This document shows positions 11,101-24,409 of a stretch of DNA of 64,000 nucleotides, in pieces. The position numbers and the translations under genes were made by a program. The notes beneath the pieces are model-generated. The model saw only the letters and a program-made list of their open reading frames with translations, was not told the origin of the DNA and made no database searches. Source of the DNA: Eutreptiella sp. 'Long Island Sound 2002' (taxonomy: Eukaryota > Protista > Euglenida); the NCBI GenBank assembly GCA_964036045.1, contig OZ038378.1, forward strand, positions 11,036,001-11,100,000, written 5' to 3'. Within the stretch, counting starts at the first letter, position 1; each line of letters opens with the position of its first letter.

Positions 11101-13201
11101 GTAGTGTGTGCCGAGGGTAACGAGGTCTTGGACGCAAGTGAATGCCCATTGCATTGCCACATGTGGTTGCTTTGTCAATGGGTGTTGATCTGCCGCTTTC
11201 TTCACAGTGATCCGCCGTCTAAATTGTCTTGCTTTTGATTTCTCGACACAAGATTTGCAGCGTGGGGCACAAACACAGTGGCAGACAACGCCATTCGGTG
11301 CTACAGAGCGTGCGCTGCAATGTTGCGAGTCTGTAGGCCGCTGCAAAGGGCGGCAGAAGCCCTTGGGGGGGGGGGGGGGGCTTGGGAAACGGGCTCCAAG
11401 GGCCACAAAGCATGAAAGTGTGCGGGGTTCGGGGAGGGGCTTCGAGCCCCCTCCAGATTGAGCAGGAAGCTCTAGACACAGGGCAAGGATTTGTTTTTGG
11501 CCTTTTCTCATAGACCACTGCATTGGGCGGGTTACACAGCCGCCACACATCACGACAACCACGGGGCCAGCCATGGAGTTGTTGCATACATTCCCATACA
11601 TGTGCATGAGCAGCAAAGAAGCAGAAGGGGCGAGGGGAGGTTTGGAGGGCACTGGGGAGTTGGGTTGGGTTGGGTCGCAGCCCCTGCCGGCAGTCATGGC
11701 CTTCCCTGCCGGACACGACTGGCTCTGATGGACCCGGGTGTCCTGTCTACAGGCCCGCCGAACTGCTGACGGCCCCTACACCTCGCCCTGCGCCAGCGGG
11801 TGGAAGATACCTCCGTGCCTGTGGGTGTTGGGGGGTTGCGGAGTGGGTCTGGAGGTGGGTCGTGCACTTCTCCCACACCTGACCCTGCACACTCTGTGGT
11901 GTACTTCACTTGGCTTGACAGCTGTGTTACGTGCGCCCTGTGGCCCCCATGGGTGGTCTTTCAGGGGCACACTGGCTGGACTGTTTGGGGCCTTTGGTTC
12001 CGTCCCTCAGCCGTTCCTTGCATGCACTGCACTTGTGCAAGACGCCAGTACTTGGGCACACACACCAAGGCTTGTATATAGCCATACAGGCTTAAGCTCC
12101 CAGGGCTTTGTACACTGTGGGAGTGTGAGGGCAGGGGACTCTGGAGAGGTGGTTGTGAGTCGGGCAAGCCCCCCGGTTGGAGTACGTGCCAGCATCCCTC
12201 GATCAACTCCCCCCATGTTTGGTCAGGATCTTGCACGGTGCCACAGCTACGGCCTTCTGGATTACTGTCCCCATGATCTCCACCTTTCTGTTGGTGGCGG
12301 CCAGGGCATGGCTAGCACCGGCCTACTTGCAAAAGGCATTGACCCACTTGGCCACGAACCATGGTCCCCAACTACTTGTCTTTCTGCTCCTCATGCACCT
12401 AGAGGGCTGCTTCCATAGCGAACTGCTCCATTTCCTTCCGGTTGTGGAAGAAAGATGGGATGTGGGGCCTCCTCCACCCTACGGGTGGCTCACCTAAAGA
12501 TCGTCTTCCTGTCACCAGCCAATGAGGAGTATCTAGTAGGACCTGGGCAACGGAACCCACTCGGGAGCAGAGGGGGGTACCTGAAGTTGAGGGGACCTAA
12601 AGGGAGGCCTGGAACGTTGAGGTTTTGGGGGTTGATGGTGAATTAGTTCTTCAGCATTATCAGTGCCACATGCGTCGCAGGTTGCGAAAGCTGCAAGCTA
12701 CATTGGGTCAGGGAACAACAAGTTCTGGTGGACAGGGGGGATGACACTGGGCATTCAATATTGGAGGTATCCGCAGAACCTTCTGAAGGTACAACGTCTG
12801 GATTTACACAACAAGGGTCAACTTATTGATTTTGCCTTATTTGCAGGGCGGGGGAGCAGAGTGTGTGGTTCAGCATTTGGCCAATCCAACAGGAATAGGT
12901 GGCAAATGGGAACCAACTTGTAAAATTTTACAACCCATGCTGGTGTGTCCTACCCCTTCAATAGACTTGGCGGCTGGGCTGAGTGTGGGGAACAGCCTTC
13001 AGGCATCTGATAGAAATGGCAGAAAACGGTAGGGGCGTGCGTGTGTGTAGGAGGGGGCGTCAGAGGGTGAAGTGGGGAAGGCAAAGGGCGGCGGGGGGGG
13101 GGGGGGGGCTGATGGGACGAGGGCTAGGGGGTGAGGAAGAGGTGGCAGCAGGAGATATGGTCTAGTTCCGAAACCGACACCTTCCACTATCTTCCTCATA
13201 G

Positions 13202-13408
13202 ATCGACGATATTGTGCAAGTGTCAGAGCAGCAGCTGAAAGACCTCTACATGAGAAACTTGCAGCAAACCGTGCTGCATGAGCTCCGCTTGAAGGACCAA
13301 CGCTACTGGGCTGGGTTTGGGAAGCTGTGCCGGACCTCCGGCTGCCGCATTAATCTCGAGAATTGTGCCTTTGTGTGGCGGCGACAGCAATCCAAGAAGC
13401 TGCGCTAG
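13202..13408 (+). CDS. Gene A terminal exon: IDDIVQVSEQQLKDLYMRNLQQ...QQSKKLR*
   Basis: cttcctcatag| acceptor in phase 0, TAG stop at 13406-13408. Confidence 0.8.
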   Translation: MDDIVQVSEQQLKDLYMRNLQQTVLHELRLKDQRYWAGFGKLCRTSGCRINLENCAFVWRRQQSKKLR

Positions 13409-13573
13409 GACAGAGCTCAGGAGATAAAATCATAAAAGCCACTTCTGTTGAAGGACCGTTATTGGCGACCTCCAGCCCTTCCACAACACAATAACGTCAC
13501 TCTCTCACACTCACATCACACACACACACACACATACAGATGTGCACGCACACACACACACACACACACATGT

Positions 13574-13641
<68 letters not shown>

Positions 13642-13660
13642 GCGTGCACACATACACATG

Positions 13661-13745
13661 ATTGGAATGGGATGGAATGGATTGGATTGGATTGGATTGG
13701 ATTGGATTGGATTGGATTGGATTGGATTGGATTGGATTGGATTGG
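13661..13745 (+). repeat. (ATTGG)n pentanucleotide tract: 13 perfect plus 4 degenerate units
   Basis: Read directly. It abuts a (CA)n-rich tract at ~13515-13660. Confidence 0.95.
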
Positions 13746-16700
13746 AAGTGCAAGTTTTGCTGCTCGATCCCCATGAACTAGTTCCCCCCAGGGCTACCTT
13801 GGTATCCTGGATATGTGCAGTATGGCTCTTCCTCCCAACGTTGGCCCGTTTGATCGAAATAATATCTTCTTAAGCCCTGTATTGGTGGACATATGGCTGA
13901 TAGCCCTTGACTTACCAATCAACTTGCCTTTCTTGTCCCCTTGGATGTCTGTTGGCTCGGCTCATTCACTGATCCTACATGATAGAGGCAAAGTGCGAGG
14001 GCGGCACGCCATGCAAGCCTTGGTCATCTAGGGTTAGCAAGACAGAGTGTAGGCCCCAGCATGGTACTGGTTACTTGGTTACTTGTGTCCCCCCCTTCCC
14101 CTTTCACCACCCCCTCCAACGGCATGTATAGGATGCACTTGTACCCGCTCTCCCTTGGTGGGTCGACAGCTTGCTGTTGTCACCATCTATCGGGCTTCAC
14201 CTCCCCACCAAACCACCCACACTCTAGGAGCCCGGGCGTTCCAAATAGTGAGGTATGTCCCTCTTGGGGTGGTTAAGACGTGCGCCACATGTCACCGTTG
14301 TCCTTTGCGCACTGCTCCCACTGCCCTCCATAGATGCACGAGGTCCACCTTTTTGCTTGCTTTGGGGGGCTTTCATCTTGTCCTACTAGCAATTTGTTGT
14401 TTATTCCCATTTTCCAATGCACACACATGTGGGGTCTAGCTGCCTTTGCCGGTGGTGTTACAAATCTATATTATGCCGATGGGCCATTTCCATTACCTTG
14501 GTGAGTTCTCTGGGGCACCACACCCCTACCTTGTGCCAGGTTGTTGCCAATTCTTTGTGGGCCCCCACACCTAGCACCAGTGGCCATACTTGCGCTTGCT
14601 GTTCCGTACAGTAACATTGCCAGTTGACTTGTACTAGGTGGCACCACACCACTTGGAGGCCATTGGCGACCCGTGCCCCCCCCCCCCTCCCAACGGGTGC
14701 ACACTTTTTTTTTTGGCCACCCGGCTCGTATTATCTACTCCCGTACATGCTGCATTCAATGTAGTATACGGCATTGTAGAGCCGAACACTCATACATAGC
14801 ATGTACCCTTGGTTGTTGTACGAACAGTGCTTGCACTGCACGTCCCCCGCGGCTTAGGTGGGCATGTCTAGGTATTTGGCCCACACTCTCAAGGGTATCC
14901 GCTTGTTACCTCTCAGCAGCTACACCTTTTGTCACCCCTTTGTTGCTTGTTTTTGTTCTTGGTATTCTTGTTGCCAGCTTGCCACCCTAAATAAGTGTAG
15001 GCGCGGGCTGTGCCACGAGGTATGTTCCAGGGTGTAACACGACATCCTCCCCTTGTGTAAGGGGTGCACCTCTTCTTCGTCCATCCACACTTTTGCCATT
15101 CGCTGTATTGTGCCTTTTCCCTTCCCTCCTATCTTAGGCCCTGCATCCACGACTTGTTTGCGAACAACCAGTCCGTTCGATGTGAGTCATCTTGTGCCTG
15201 CACCCTTACCCAGCACATTTTTAGCCCATGTGGCTGTACATGTGCGATGATGCAGTCCTTTACTTTACTTTCACGTCCCCCTTTGGAGGTCTTGAACCGC
15301 TACCAAATTGTCCGAACACAACACCACATATTGTGATTGAATGGCATGTTCTTGACACCACTGAGCCACCGCCATCAGCGTGGCCCCTAGCATGGTGGCT
15401 TCTACAATGTGTGTGGAGAGGGTAAGCGCTATGAAGTTCACCACCTCCCACAGCCGCACCCTCCCCTTTGGATCTGCCCTCACCACATTCACGTGGTACA
15501 CCTCGATTTTACGGCTAACTATGAAGCATCTCCCACGTGTGCCGGACCAAAGTTTGGAGGGTCGCCCCATTCCCTGCAGACACGTCTTTACACCCCTGAC
15601 ATCTTTATCCATATGCAGGGTGCTTTTCAAGTGTTTACCTAGGACGTCCCGCAGGAGGTAGTTCTCAGAGTTTAGAGCTTTGAGGAGTCCCGAGACCACT
15701 ATGACACACTGTCTCTTGTCGGGTGCCACTGTTCCCGGCACCTCATGCACCACCACTCCGGGGATGGGGCACGACCCTTGTATGTTCGAGTTATCGCCCC
15801 CACCAGTTCATTGCTCATGGACTCCGTTGGTATGCTGATCACTGCCCAACAAATCATGCGGCTCACCGCTGGCCAGTAGTGTAGCTTGGGGTTGATCCTT
15901 TTGATCTGTTTTTCACTTTCTTGAGTACCTTCACGCCCCCCCCCCCCCCTACGATTGGCATTGCGCCCCAAAAACCGGACATACGTGCTATTTGCGGCCT
16001 GTAGAAAAACCTTGGTGCCCCACTTGAGACTTGGTTGCACTGCGGTGATCCCCTAGCTAGTAGCCTGGAGGTGGAGGCTGCAGAACTTTCCAACATTACA
16101 CTGCCGTCCACACATGCGGACAATGGCCCTCACCCTATCCAATACCCCAACGCACTCCTTTGGTGTGTCCCGGAGGACACATGTGTCATCTATGAGCCCC
16201 ACCCCACGGTACCCACTACATGTCATTCATGCATGCCTTGTGCCACTACCCCCCCCCCTAGGTATGTTGCATATCTGTGTGGAGAGGTACTGTCACTAGG
16301 GCATTTACAAGGGGGGGCATCCCCCCCCTTGTGCCCTCCTTGTACCCCCCTCAGCTATGCATACCGGGCGGATCGCCTGAACAGTGTGATGACAAATGCT
16401 CGAATATTGCAATGGAAGCGTAGAATTTCGCTCTCCACATCCCCTAGCACCTTTGTTATCTTGTTCGCCACTGTCCAAATTCTAGGCAAGGCCACTTCAT
16501 CAAAAGCGGATGCAATGTCCAAAAATACTATCGATGCTTGACTTGTGGTCAAGCCCACATGCAGCAGCGTGTGTGGCGCTTAGCAAAGTCCCCAGGGGAC
16601 ATGACTCCTTGGAAATTTAACACTTTGGCTTTCAAGCGGAGGGGGGCCGAGCGTACCTTAATGGGCCGTGTGTGTCTGTTTAGTTCATCTCCCACCCCTT

Positions 16701-18817
16701 TTCGAAAGCCATGTGCGGTGCATTGTTGCATTCCTTCGGCCACGTGATGGTAGAATATACTCTAGATATTACGTTTGTGGTCTGGCTTGGTTGCAATTGT
16801 CAGTGAACAAAGCAGTAGTGGCAGCACAAGGGCTCCACAGCGCAGCGATACGAGAGGACGCTTTGGACGTCGACACAACATGTATGGTATAGCTGTGTGA
16901 GGTGGTAACGGAAGTGGCAAATACTGCCGCAATGATTTGTGTGGTACCGGAACACACAAAACACATGGGGATTTAGGGCTTCCACCGGGAGTTAAACATC
17001 TTGAACCAACCCATGCACACTCGCATGCACCCTACCCCCACCAAGAATACTTATTGCTTTCCCACTCTCTGTGCTCCTCCTTCATTCCCCACCCGTAGCC
17101 TATGGGGTGGTAGGACCCTTTGCTGATTGACCTGCTCACCTCAAATGCCGGGCTCTCACATGCCCCTCTTTGGCCGTTTGCTGGGTTGCCTGGGTGGAAT
17201 TCCTACAGGCATCACCACCCCCGTGTGATTGCCATCGCTAACCTCCCCCACTCCCTGATATCCCCCGGTTTTCTCTGTCTTTTGCTTTTTAGCCGGCACG
17301 AGGGGCATTGTTTTGCTGATTTGTGGTGTGTCCTATTCTCGTGTGTGTTTAGGGAGAGCATCTAGACGTTGCACCTACGAGTTGCTTGCCAGCTGCTTTG
17401 CTGCCCTGCCGGCTTTTTGTGGCCCCTTGTTCTTGTGTTGCCACGTCCCATATTTTTGTACTACGACGTTGACATCTTTGCGTGCTTGCATTCCCCAGCT
17501 ACTTACATCACCACCCCATTTAGCTTTGCCACCTGTGCAAACCCCTAAAGGCTGATAAATGCTTGATTCCCCTAGTAGGGGGCAAGTGCCATGAATACTT
17601 GCCGTGTGTTGCCTCGATACAACATATGTGTTGTGCGCACTTCCGCTGCTAATTGTTTCGCCGCCGCCGATGTCTTGGGGACAAGTCCCCCCACACGCCG
17701 CATGGCCTTGGTTACTCCTGGTTATTCCCGCATGTGAACGTGGTCCACCTTCGACAGGTCCCATTCACTAGCAACTGCCAGCTCCTCCACCTTGCTGCCA
17801 TCCACCATGAGGTTAGCCAACTGGTCCCCGTGTGCCCACATGATCACTTCATTGTGTTGGGGCGCCATGGCCTTGAAGTTCGTGATGTCAAGCCGGATGC
17901 GCTTGAACACACTGCAGCCCACTCAATACAAACTCATTGGATCGATGTCATGAAAGTTTGTGATGCTAACACGCTTGAGGCGGTCGATCCTATTGTCTAG
18001 CCTTTGAAAGGTCACTTGTGTCTTGCTTCTACCCACCCCCATTTGTCCTTTCTCTTCATCCTCCTCTATTGGGTTACTGCCCTTGGTTGTGTGGGGGGAT
18101 TTCTCTGTGTGGTGCGAAATTTTGTGTGGCTATGTTTTGGTACGCCGCCTCCCCCACTTTTTTGCGTTTGCTAACTGCGGCATCCTCCTTGCTCATGTCT
18201 AGTGACTATTTGGAGATCCTCTCGTGGGTGTCCTTGTCTAATTGGTGTCGCGCTGCTCGTGTTTGTTTGAGGAAATCTACTACCGCTGTGCGCCGCCATT
18301 TGCTTTCTTCATCCTGCTGTGTGTATCTGTGTGACTATGTGTCACTATTTCTTTGATGATGGTTGTGGACGGCACTAGCAGTAGGTCCGCAGGTAGAGGC
18401 TCTCTAAATTTCTCTGAAATCATTGCAAGGAGGATGTCCTCCTTTGCCGGTTTGATCGGTCCAAGAGATTGGATGAGAGCCTCTGTTTGCTTTCTCATGG
18501 TCCTCACTTGTTGTACTGAGGCATTCTCTTCACTCTCTCTGGTTCCCTCTAGGTTGGACTGGATCCCTGTGGCATCGCCTAGGATTTCCGGCATGAGCTA
18601 TGTCCATAGTCTCAGCAGCTCCTTTTGCGAGTTGACTCGTGCCCCCGCACCATTTTGGTGGATACCTTTGCTGCTTTTCTTCTCCGTTTTCTATTTCTAT
18701 AAGGGAAGATATGGCATGTCCTGTTGTCCCTCTTCCTGCCCTTGCTGCCGTTAAGCAATCTTACATCCGTGTCTCCGTGTACCTTATCTCCGTTAGGAGC
18801 CTGGCACTATAAAGAAA
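13746..18817 (-). mobile_element. Decayed non-LTR retrotransposon with RT and RNase H, ending in a (CCAAT)n tail
   Basis: Minus-strand motifs in the expected order: 'AHGFRKGVG' (~16715), 'ASIVFLDIASAFDEV' (~16540-16495), 'GVQGG', 'YVRFLG' (~15980), then RNase H 'VVLCSDNLVAVQDLQRG' (~15320-15275) and 'MCWVRVQA' (~15200). Many stops and frameshifts. No endonuclease recognised. Confidence 0.7.
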
Positions 18818-21800
18818 ACACACACATAGACACACACACACACACATGTGTGTGTGTGTGCTCACGCACACATGCGTGCACGCGCGCACACACACGCACG
18901 CATGTGTGCGCGCTCACACACATGCACTAATACTGCCGGCTAACGAGCCTTAGAACGCAGGGGCATACACCAGCGGCCAAGAGGAAGCAGCGGGCATGAC
19001 TGCCGCGGCAGGCCCTCAGCGAGCGGGGTGTGGGCAGCAACAGGGTGGCAACACAGGCAGGACTGGGGCAAACGGGCGTGAGGGTCGATGATGGATACCA
19101 AGAAAGCGTGGCACGGCCACTCTGGGATGGAGGCCACATAACCCTCCACCGGGAAAGGTCTCACCAAGGGGCCAGGTCCAGCGACATGGCCTTTGGGTGG
19201 CTTGGCAGCCAGACTCGGCATGGCCTGTGATCCTGTATGCGACCTGGCCCGGCTGGTCCATTCTGGTGTCCCTCAAAGATATGGATCGTAGTCGCACACA
19301 CATACATACGCACGCCCACACACACACTGCACGCACGCAGAGGCACACTCACACACACAGTCACCCACCCACTCACTCACATGTTCATAAACTCTGCCTT
19401 TTACACCCGCGCACCCACATGCCCCCCCCCCCTCTCCCCACCCACCCACTTCTTGACTGAGGCCTCCTGTACCAAGCCCCAGGCGCAAACTGTCCCCCAC
19501 CCCCATCCCTATTTCGTTTTTGGCCACGTCACTTCATTTCCCCTGCACTCCATGCCCACAGTGGTGCTGGCGAGCACCCTCCGAACCTCACGGCTTGGGT
19601 TGGGCCAAAAGTGAGGCCTGCTCGCGCCAGCAGGGCACCGGACACCCTGGGGGCAGAATGTGAGCAGTGTTACCCTTTTGCGCTCTTCCTCACAATATTT
19701 CCACACCAGAGGGGCCTGTGGGACCCAATCTGGACGGCTTGTAGATAGCATCGGGCAGCTCCACCACCATTAGCCAAGGGGCGCACATGCCCCCTTCAGC
19801 TGCCGGGTGCGTCTCCGGTCAAAGCAGCCCGTGAACTCTCATTTCGAGGTGATTAACGGGCCTCACAGCGCTGGACGCAGTCACGATTACGCGGGTTCGT
19901 ACAGCCCCAGCTCTGGTACGTCCTGTGGTACACCAGGATGGCACTGTGCTTGTGGCCCAGCACCCAATGGCCCCTTTTGGGTGTTTAGGGAAAGGGGATG
20001 TTGGGGGGCATAAAGGTGAAGACAATTTGACTGCACAATTGGTTGGGTTGGAATTGTTGTCTTAATGTGGAGGAAGTCCTCTGTTTCGACAATGAGTGTG
20101 TGGACTGCCTGCTTGCAGGGTGTGTTCTGAGGGTCTGAGACTTCTGGCCAGCGTGATGTGCCTCTATGTCATGCTTCTACACTGCAAATAGATCGACATT
20201 GCCCACAATCGCCAAAGTGGCTGTTTTTTGGCCCAAGACTGCAAGGATTTGGGAGGGCACCTCCAACCTTTGGGCCAACACCCCAGGCTACCACTGTTGA
20301 GTTTGTGTCAGACGGTGGAATTGGGAAAGGCATGTGTCAATGCAAAAGATGGCAAGAGTAGAGTAGATTCTGGAGTGTTGGGACAGAGACCTTAGACAAA
20401 ACGGAAGGAGACCCTGCTTGCTTGTTGCTTGCTCCAGATTTATGGGGAGAGGAGTGTAGTAATATGTACTATCCGTTAACGTTCATATTTAATAGGTAGT
20501 GACAAATGATTCGGTGGGGGTGTCCCTGCTGCTATGTCAGAGAGAAGCATCAAAAGAGTGCATCATGAGGACTAAAATAGGATCTCAAATAGGATCATCC
20601 GTATGAAACGGTGGATGTAAAAGGACATTCTGAAGCTTTTTCATGTCGACGGTAGCAACCGCCTGTGGACCCAAGCATGAGCTTCCATCAGGAGGAAGGT
20701 TACTGCCTTCTGCATTGTTCGATGTTGGGACCCAAGCTTGGCCCAATGCCCTCCTGGGGGGCGTCAAGTCACTTGAATCGCGATTATTAAGCCAACCTAT
20801 GTTGGCCTGAAATCAACCGGCTTTGGGCTGGTGGGCCCGCATTTAGGGCCCATCGGGGGTACCCATGACACCCGCCATTGGTTACGGGGTCCAGGTACTT
20901 TTCCCTGATATGGTCGTAGTGGATCTTGCATGCAACACGCCAACCTAACCCCCATAACCCGCAACATATGGAACGAAGGAAACCAAGAGTCACATACCAC
21001 GTTGCTTCGCTTTTATCGAAGAAGCCGTTTTCGGCCGCTAATTTTACAATGCATCTGAGTGCGCACCTGGAATGCCCCAAAATAGCCCAAGATATGTGCA
21101 ATTTGGTTCAAAACTTGAAGTAGCTCCCATCCAAGATCCTGCAATATCTTGGGCTACACAGCTCATTGTTCAATTCTGAGGGCACCCAGTCTACCTGCAA
21201 CTCCCGTCTTTTTGTGGTTTCATGGCTGAAATTGCTCAAACACATAGACCCCCTTAGTGGTATTCACTTGGCTTTGGTGCCAGCATACCCAGCCTGGGCC
21301 CCCACCCAGCTGGGGCCAAAATGGGTCCAACGTGGGTCTAAAGCTCCCCTCAACCCCAAGTTATTCTGAGACCAATGTTTTTTGCCCTCTTTGAGCGGCA
21401 TTCATGCCCAAAACAATTTTTTTCGGACATCCTCCAGAAAGTGCAATTTTTGACTGAAGAATGATCAAAAGGGACAAAAATAAGTTTTTCCAAAGGTGGT
21501 TGCAAAAGGCTTGGGATGCCGGCTTGGGTTTATTCAGCCCGGCTTGAGTCCCCTTCAGCCTTATTTGTGTCATACAAAATCACAAAATACCTTTAAAGGC
21601 GTCCTTGAAAGCGCGCCATTGTGGGATTAAGACTGGGTCAATCATGGGAAAAACACACATTTTTCTAACGGGACCACGAAGCCTCTTGCGTTTCTCAAAC
21701 ACATGCAAATGAGCTGTTCTAAACACAATTTGACACATTTTGAACACAAACAGTCATTGCAATGGAGGGCAGGGGGTACGGCTTGGACTGGTTGAGTTAT

Positions 21801-22424
21801 GAGGATCGGTTGGGGGGTACATTTCTTACTACACCCCTCTCCCCTTATTTTTGGCGAACAACAAGCAACACGCGACAAGAAGTAACCATATTTCTCCTTT
21901 CTCTTTGGCCATTACTCCATGGGCTGGGCTTTGCTCTACTCCGGCCATCTTTTGCATGGACGTGGCCTTCCCAAATCCAGTTTGAGTTCCAAGCTCACAG
22001 TTTCTGGCCGGGGGCATGGGTGCCAAGTCGGGAGTTGCCCTTCTAAATCTCCATATTTTTGGCCCAAACCAGCCCCAAACCAAGCTTCAGGGGCAGTACT
22101 ACACTGTTGAGACGGACATTTGTCTGAGTTTTTGTCCCAAAATGACTTATTTTCGTGTGTTGTAGCGATTTTGAAACAAAAGTCTTTTCCAAAAGTAACC
22201 CAATTTGGAGGCACCCTAGGCAAATGTGGGCTAAACACATATTCCCTCCCCCCTTCCCCCCGTTCCAATATCATTTTTGAACCCATTTTTGCCGCATTGT
22301 TGCTTCCAAAATGGCCGAATTTTCAGGGCATTTTGGGGCCTTTTGGGGCTGTTATTGGACCAAGAGGGACTCAAAATTGGCCAAAGGACCCTATTTGGCC
22401 CAAGATCAACTTTGCCAAAGAATA

Positions 22425-22530
22425 TTTGACATATGTCTGACCCATATTTGGCCTATGTTTCACCTATGCTTGACCTATGTTTGAACTATGCTGGACCTAT
22501 GTTTGACCTATGTTGGACCCATGCTGGCCT
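22425..22530. repeat. 11-bp minisatellite (TTGACCTATGT)n, about 9 degenerate units
   Basis: Read directly. Confidence 0.85.
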
Positions 22531-22996
22531 GGGCTGTCTGGGTACCCGCCATGTCTTTGCTCACTGGCAGCAGGACCCAGTATGAGGGTCTAGGCTTCCG
22601 TTTGGCCCATAGGGATGGAAACTAGGTGAGGGATCCACAACTAAGAGCCACATGGTGTTGGGGAGAGGATATATGTGAAGCCCGCTCAGCCCCAAAACAC
22701 CCAGAATGACTCCGATTCGTCTGATGCTGGTGACTTGTACAGCTTGACCTTCGTCTAAATGACCTCCTGCTGACCAGTGCTTGTGTAGCCTGCAACGTTC
22801 ACCCGGCAATCAGTATTTCTGGAATTTCTCAACTATATTGTTGAGTCTGACACCCAGAAGTTTTGGCACTCACAGAGCTCGGCCTGAAAACGTATAATTT
22901 TTCAATACCTGCAGGTCAGCGAGCTCTGGGAATGTGGCCGCCAACAACATTGTCCCCCGCTACCCCCAAAAAAAACAGACACATCTATGTACCACC

Positions 22997-23035
<39 letters not shown>

Positions 23036-24409
23036 TCCCTCTCTGCTGTTCCTGAGGAGTTTTCTCCAACCGCTTTTCTTTGCTCTGTTCTTGTTTCGCG
23101 GTTCTCATCGTGTGTGCGTGTGTGTATATGTGTATTTCCATATCTTTATATGTGGTATATGGGACTCTTTGGCTACCTTGATTTCCTCAATTTCGGTTCA
23201 CACATCAGTCCAGCGACACTCAACAGCCGCTCCACAGCACGAGGTCTTACCTCTTGCACTTTAGTTTGGAAGAGGACAGGGTTGAGGCACCACTCCTTTG
23301 GAAGTGGATTGGAGAAATAGGCATTGGCTGCTGGCCACCAAAGCGCTCCTCCCTGCGTGTGAAGATGAGCCGCACTGTCTGGGAGAAATGATGTTCCTCG
23401 GCTCTCCTTCCTGCACCTTGAGGCTCCACCAGCAATACTTAGGTTTTTTTTTGGGGCTGGTCCTTGCGGTTAAAGCATTTCATGGTGCCATGAAGGGGGA
23501 TTTCCATGCGCAAAGCCACATCAAACGAAGGAACCATAGCCACCGATACAAAGGGCCTATGTGCCTTCGTTTGATGTGGAGTTGCAAGTGGAATGCTGGG
23601 CTTAGATCCATTGGATGACGCTTCCGTCCAAGCCTCCCAGTCGAAGCATCTGAGGTATCTTGAATACGAAGGTTATCGACACCGCCACTGTCACAGTTCA
23701 GTCGCAGCAGAAGTTCACAGCTTGTTTCCCCCTGCAATGGTCCTTACAGTCCAGGGTGGTTTCACACTGCTGCTACCGCCCCGGCCAATGCTGCTCATAC
23801 CAGTCTCAATGTGCATGCCCTTGGGGTGGAAGGATTGCTCGTAAGTGTTCAGCGATTTTTGGTTTGTCAGCAGTGCTCCTCTTTGGGCTTGCAGGTCTCT
23901 CGAACGAAAAATGGAGCCACAAACTAAAAGCGAAAGCAAAAACGAAAAACGACCCTGGCCACAACAACATTCCCCGTTGAGCAGGTGAAACTGACAAGCA
24001 ATCCATAAGGGACCAGTCTGGGTGCGCTAGCACATTCTAGCAGAAAGCAGGCCAACAAAATCTCCTGCCAAGCGGATATTGCGACTAGGTAATAACTGCG
24101 GTAAGGCCACACTAGCAAACTGAAATTGTCCTTAGTGTTTGCAGCAAAGTGGGCACGCGAATGGGCACTGTCCAAAGCACATTTTGGCAAAATGTCAAGC
24201 CCAGTCAAGCTCAGCCATAAACGCAGACAACACCAATGTTTACTCGCATGGCTCGCAAAAATCGATACCTTTCGCAGTGACCAATGTGGCAGTCCCCCAC
24301 CCTCTACAGGAAGACAACGTGGGATGGCGAGGGAGGGTATCTCATTCAACCAGCTACCCACCATCGGTAAAAATGCACTGCCATGCTCATTTCATCCACA
24401 CACACCCAT

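Noticed and set aside
11700-13050. Possible retroelement ORF remnant in the last intron of gene A
   Set aside because: Coding-like in places, but no RT, endonuclease or RNase H motif could be identified with confidence.
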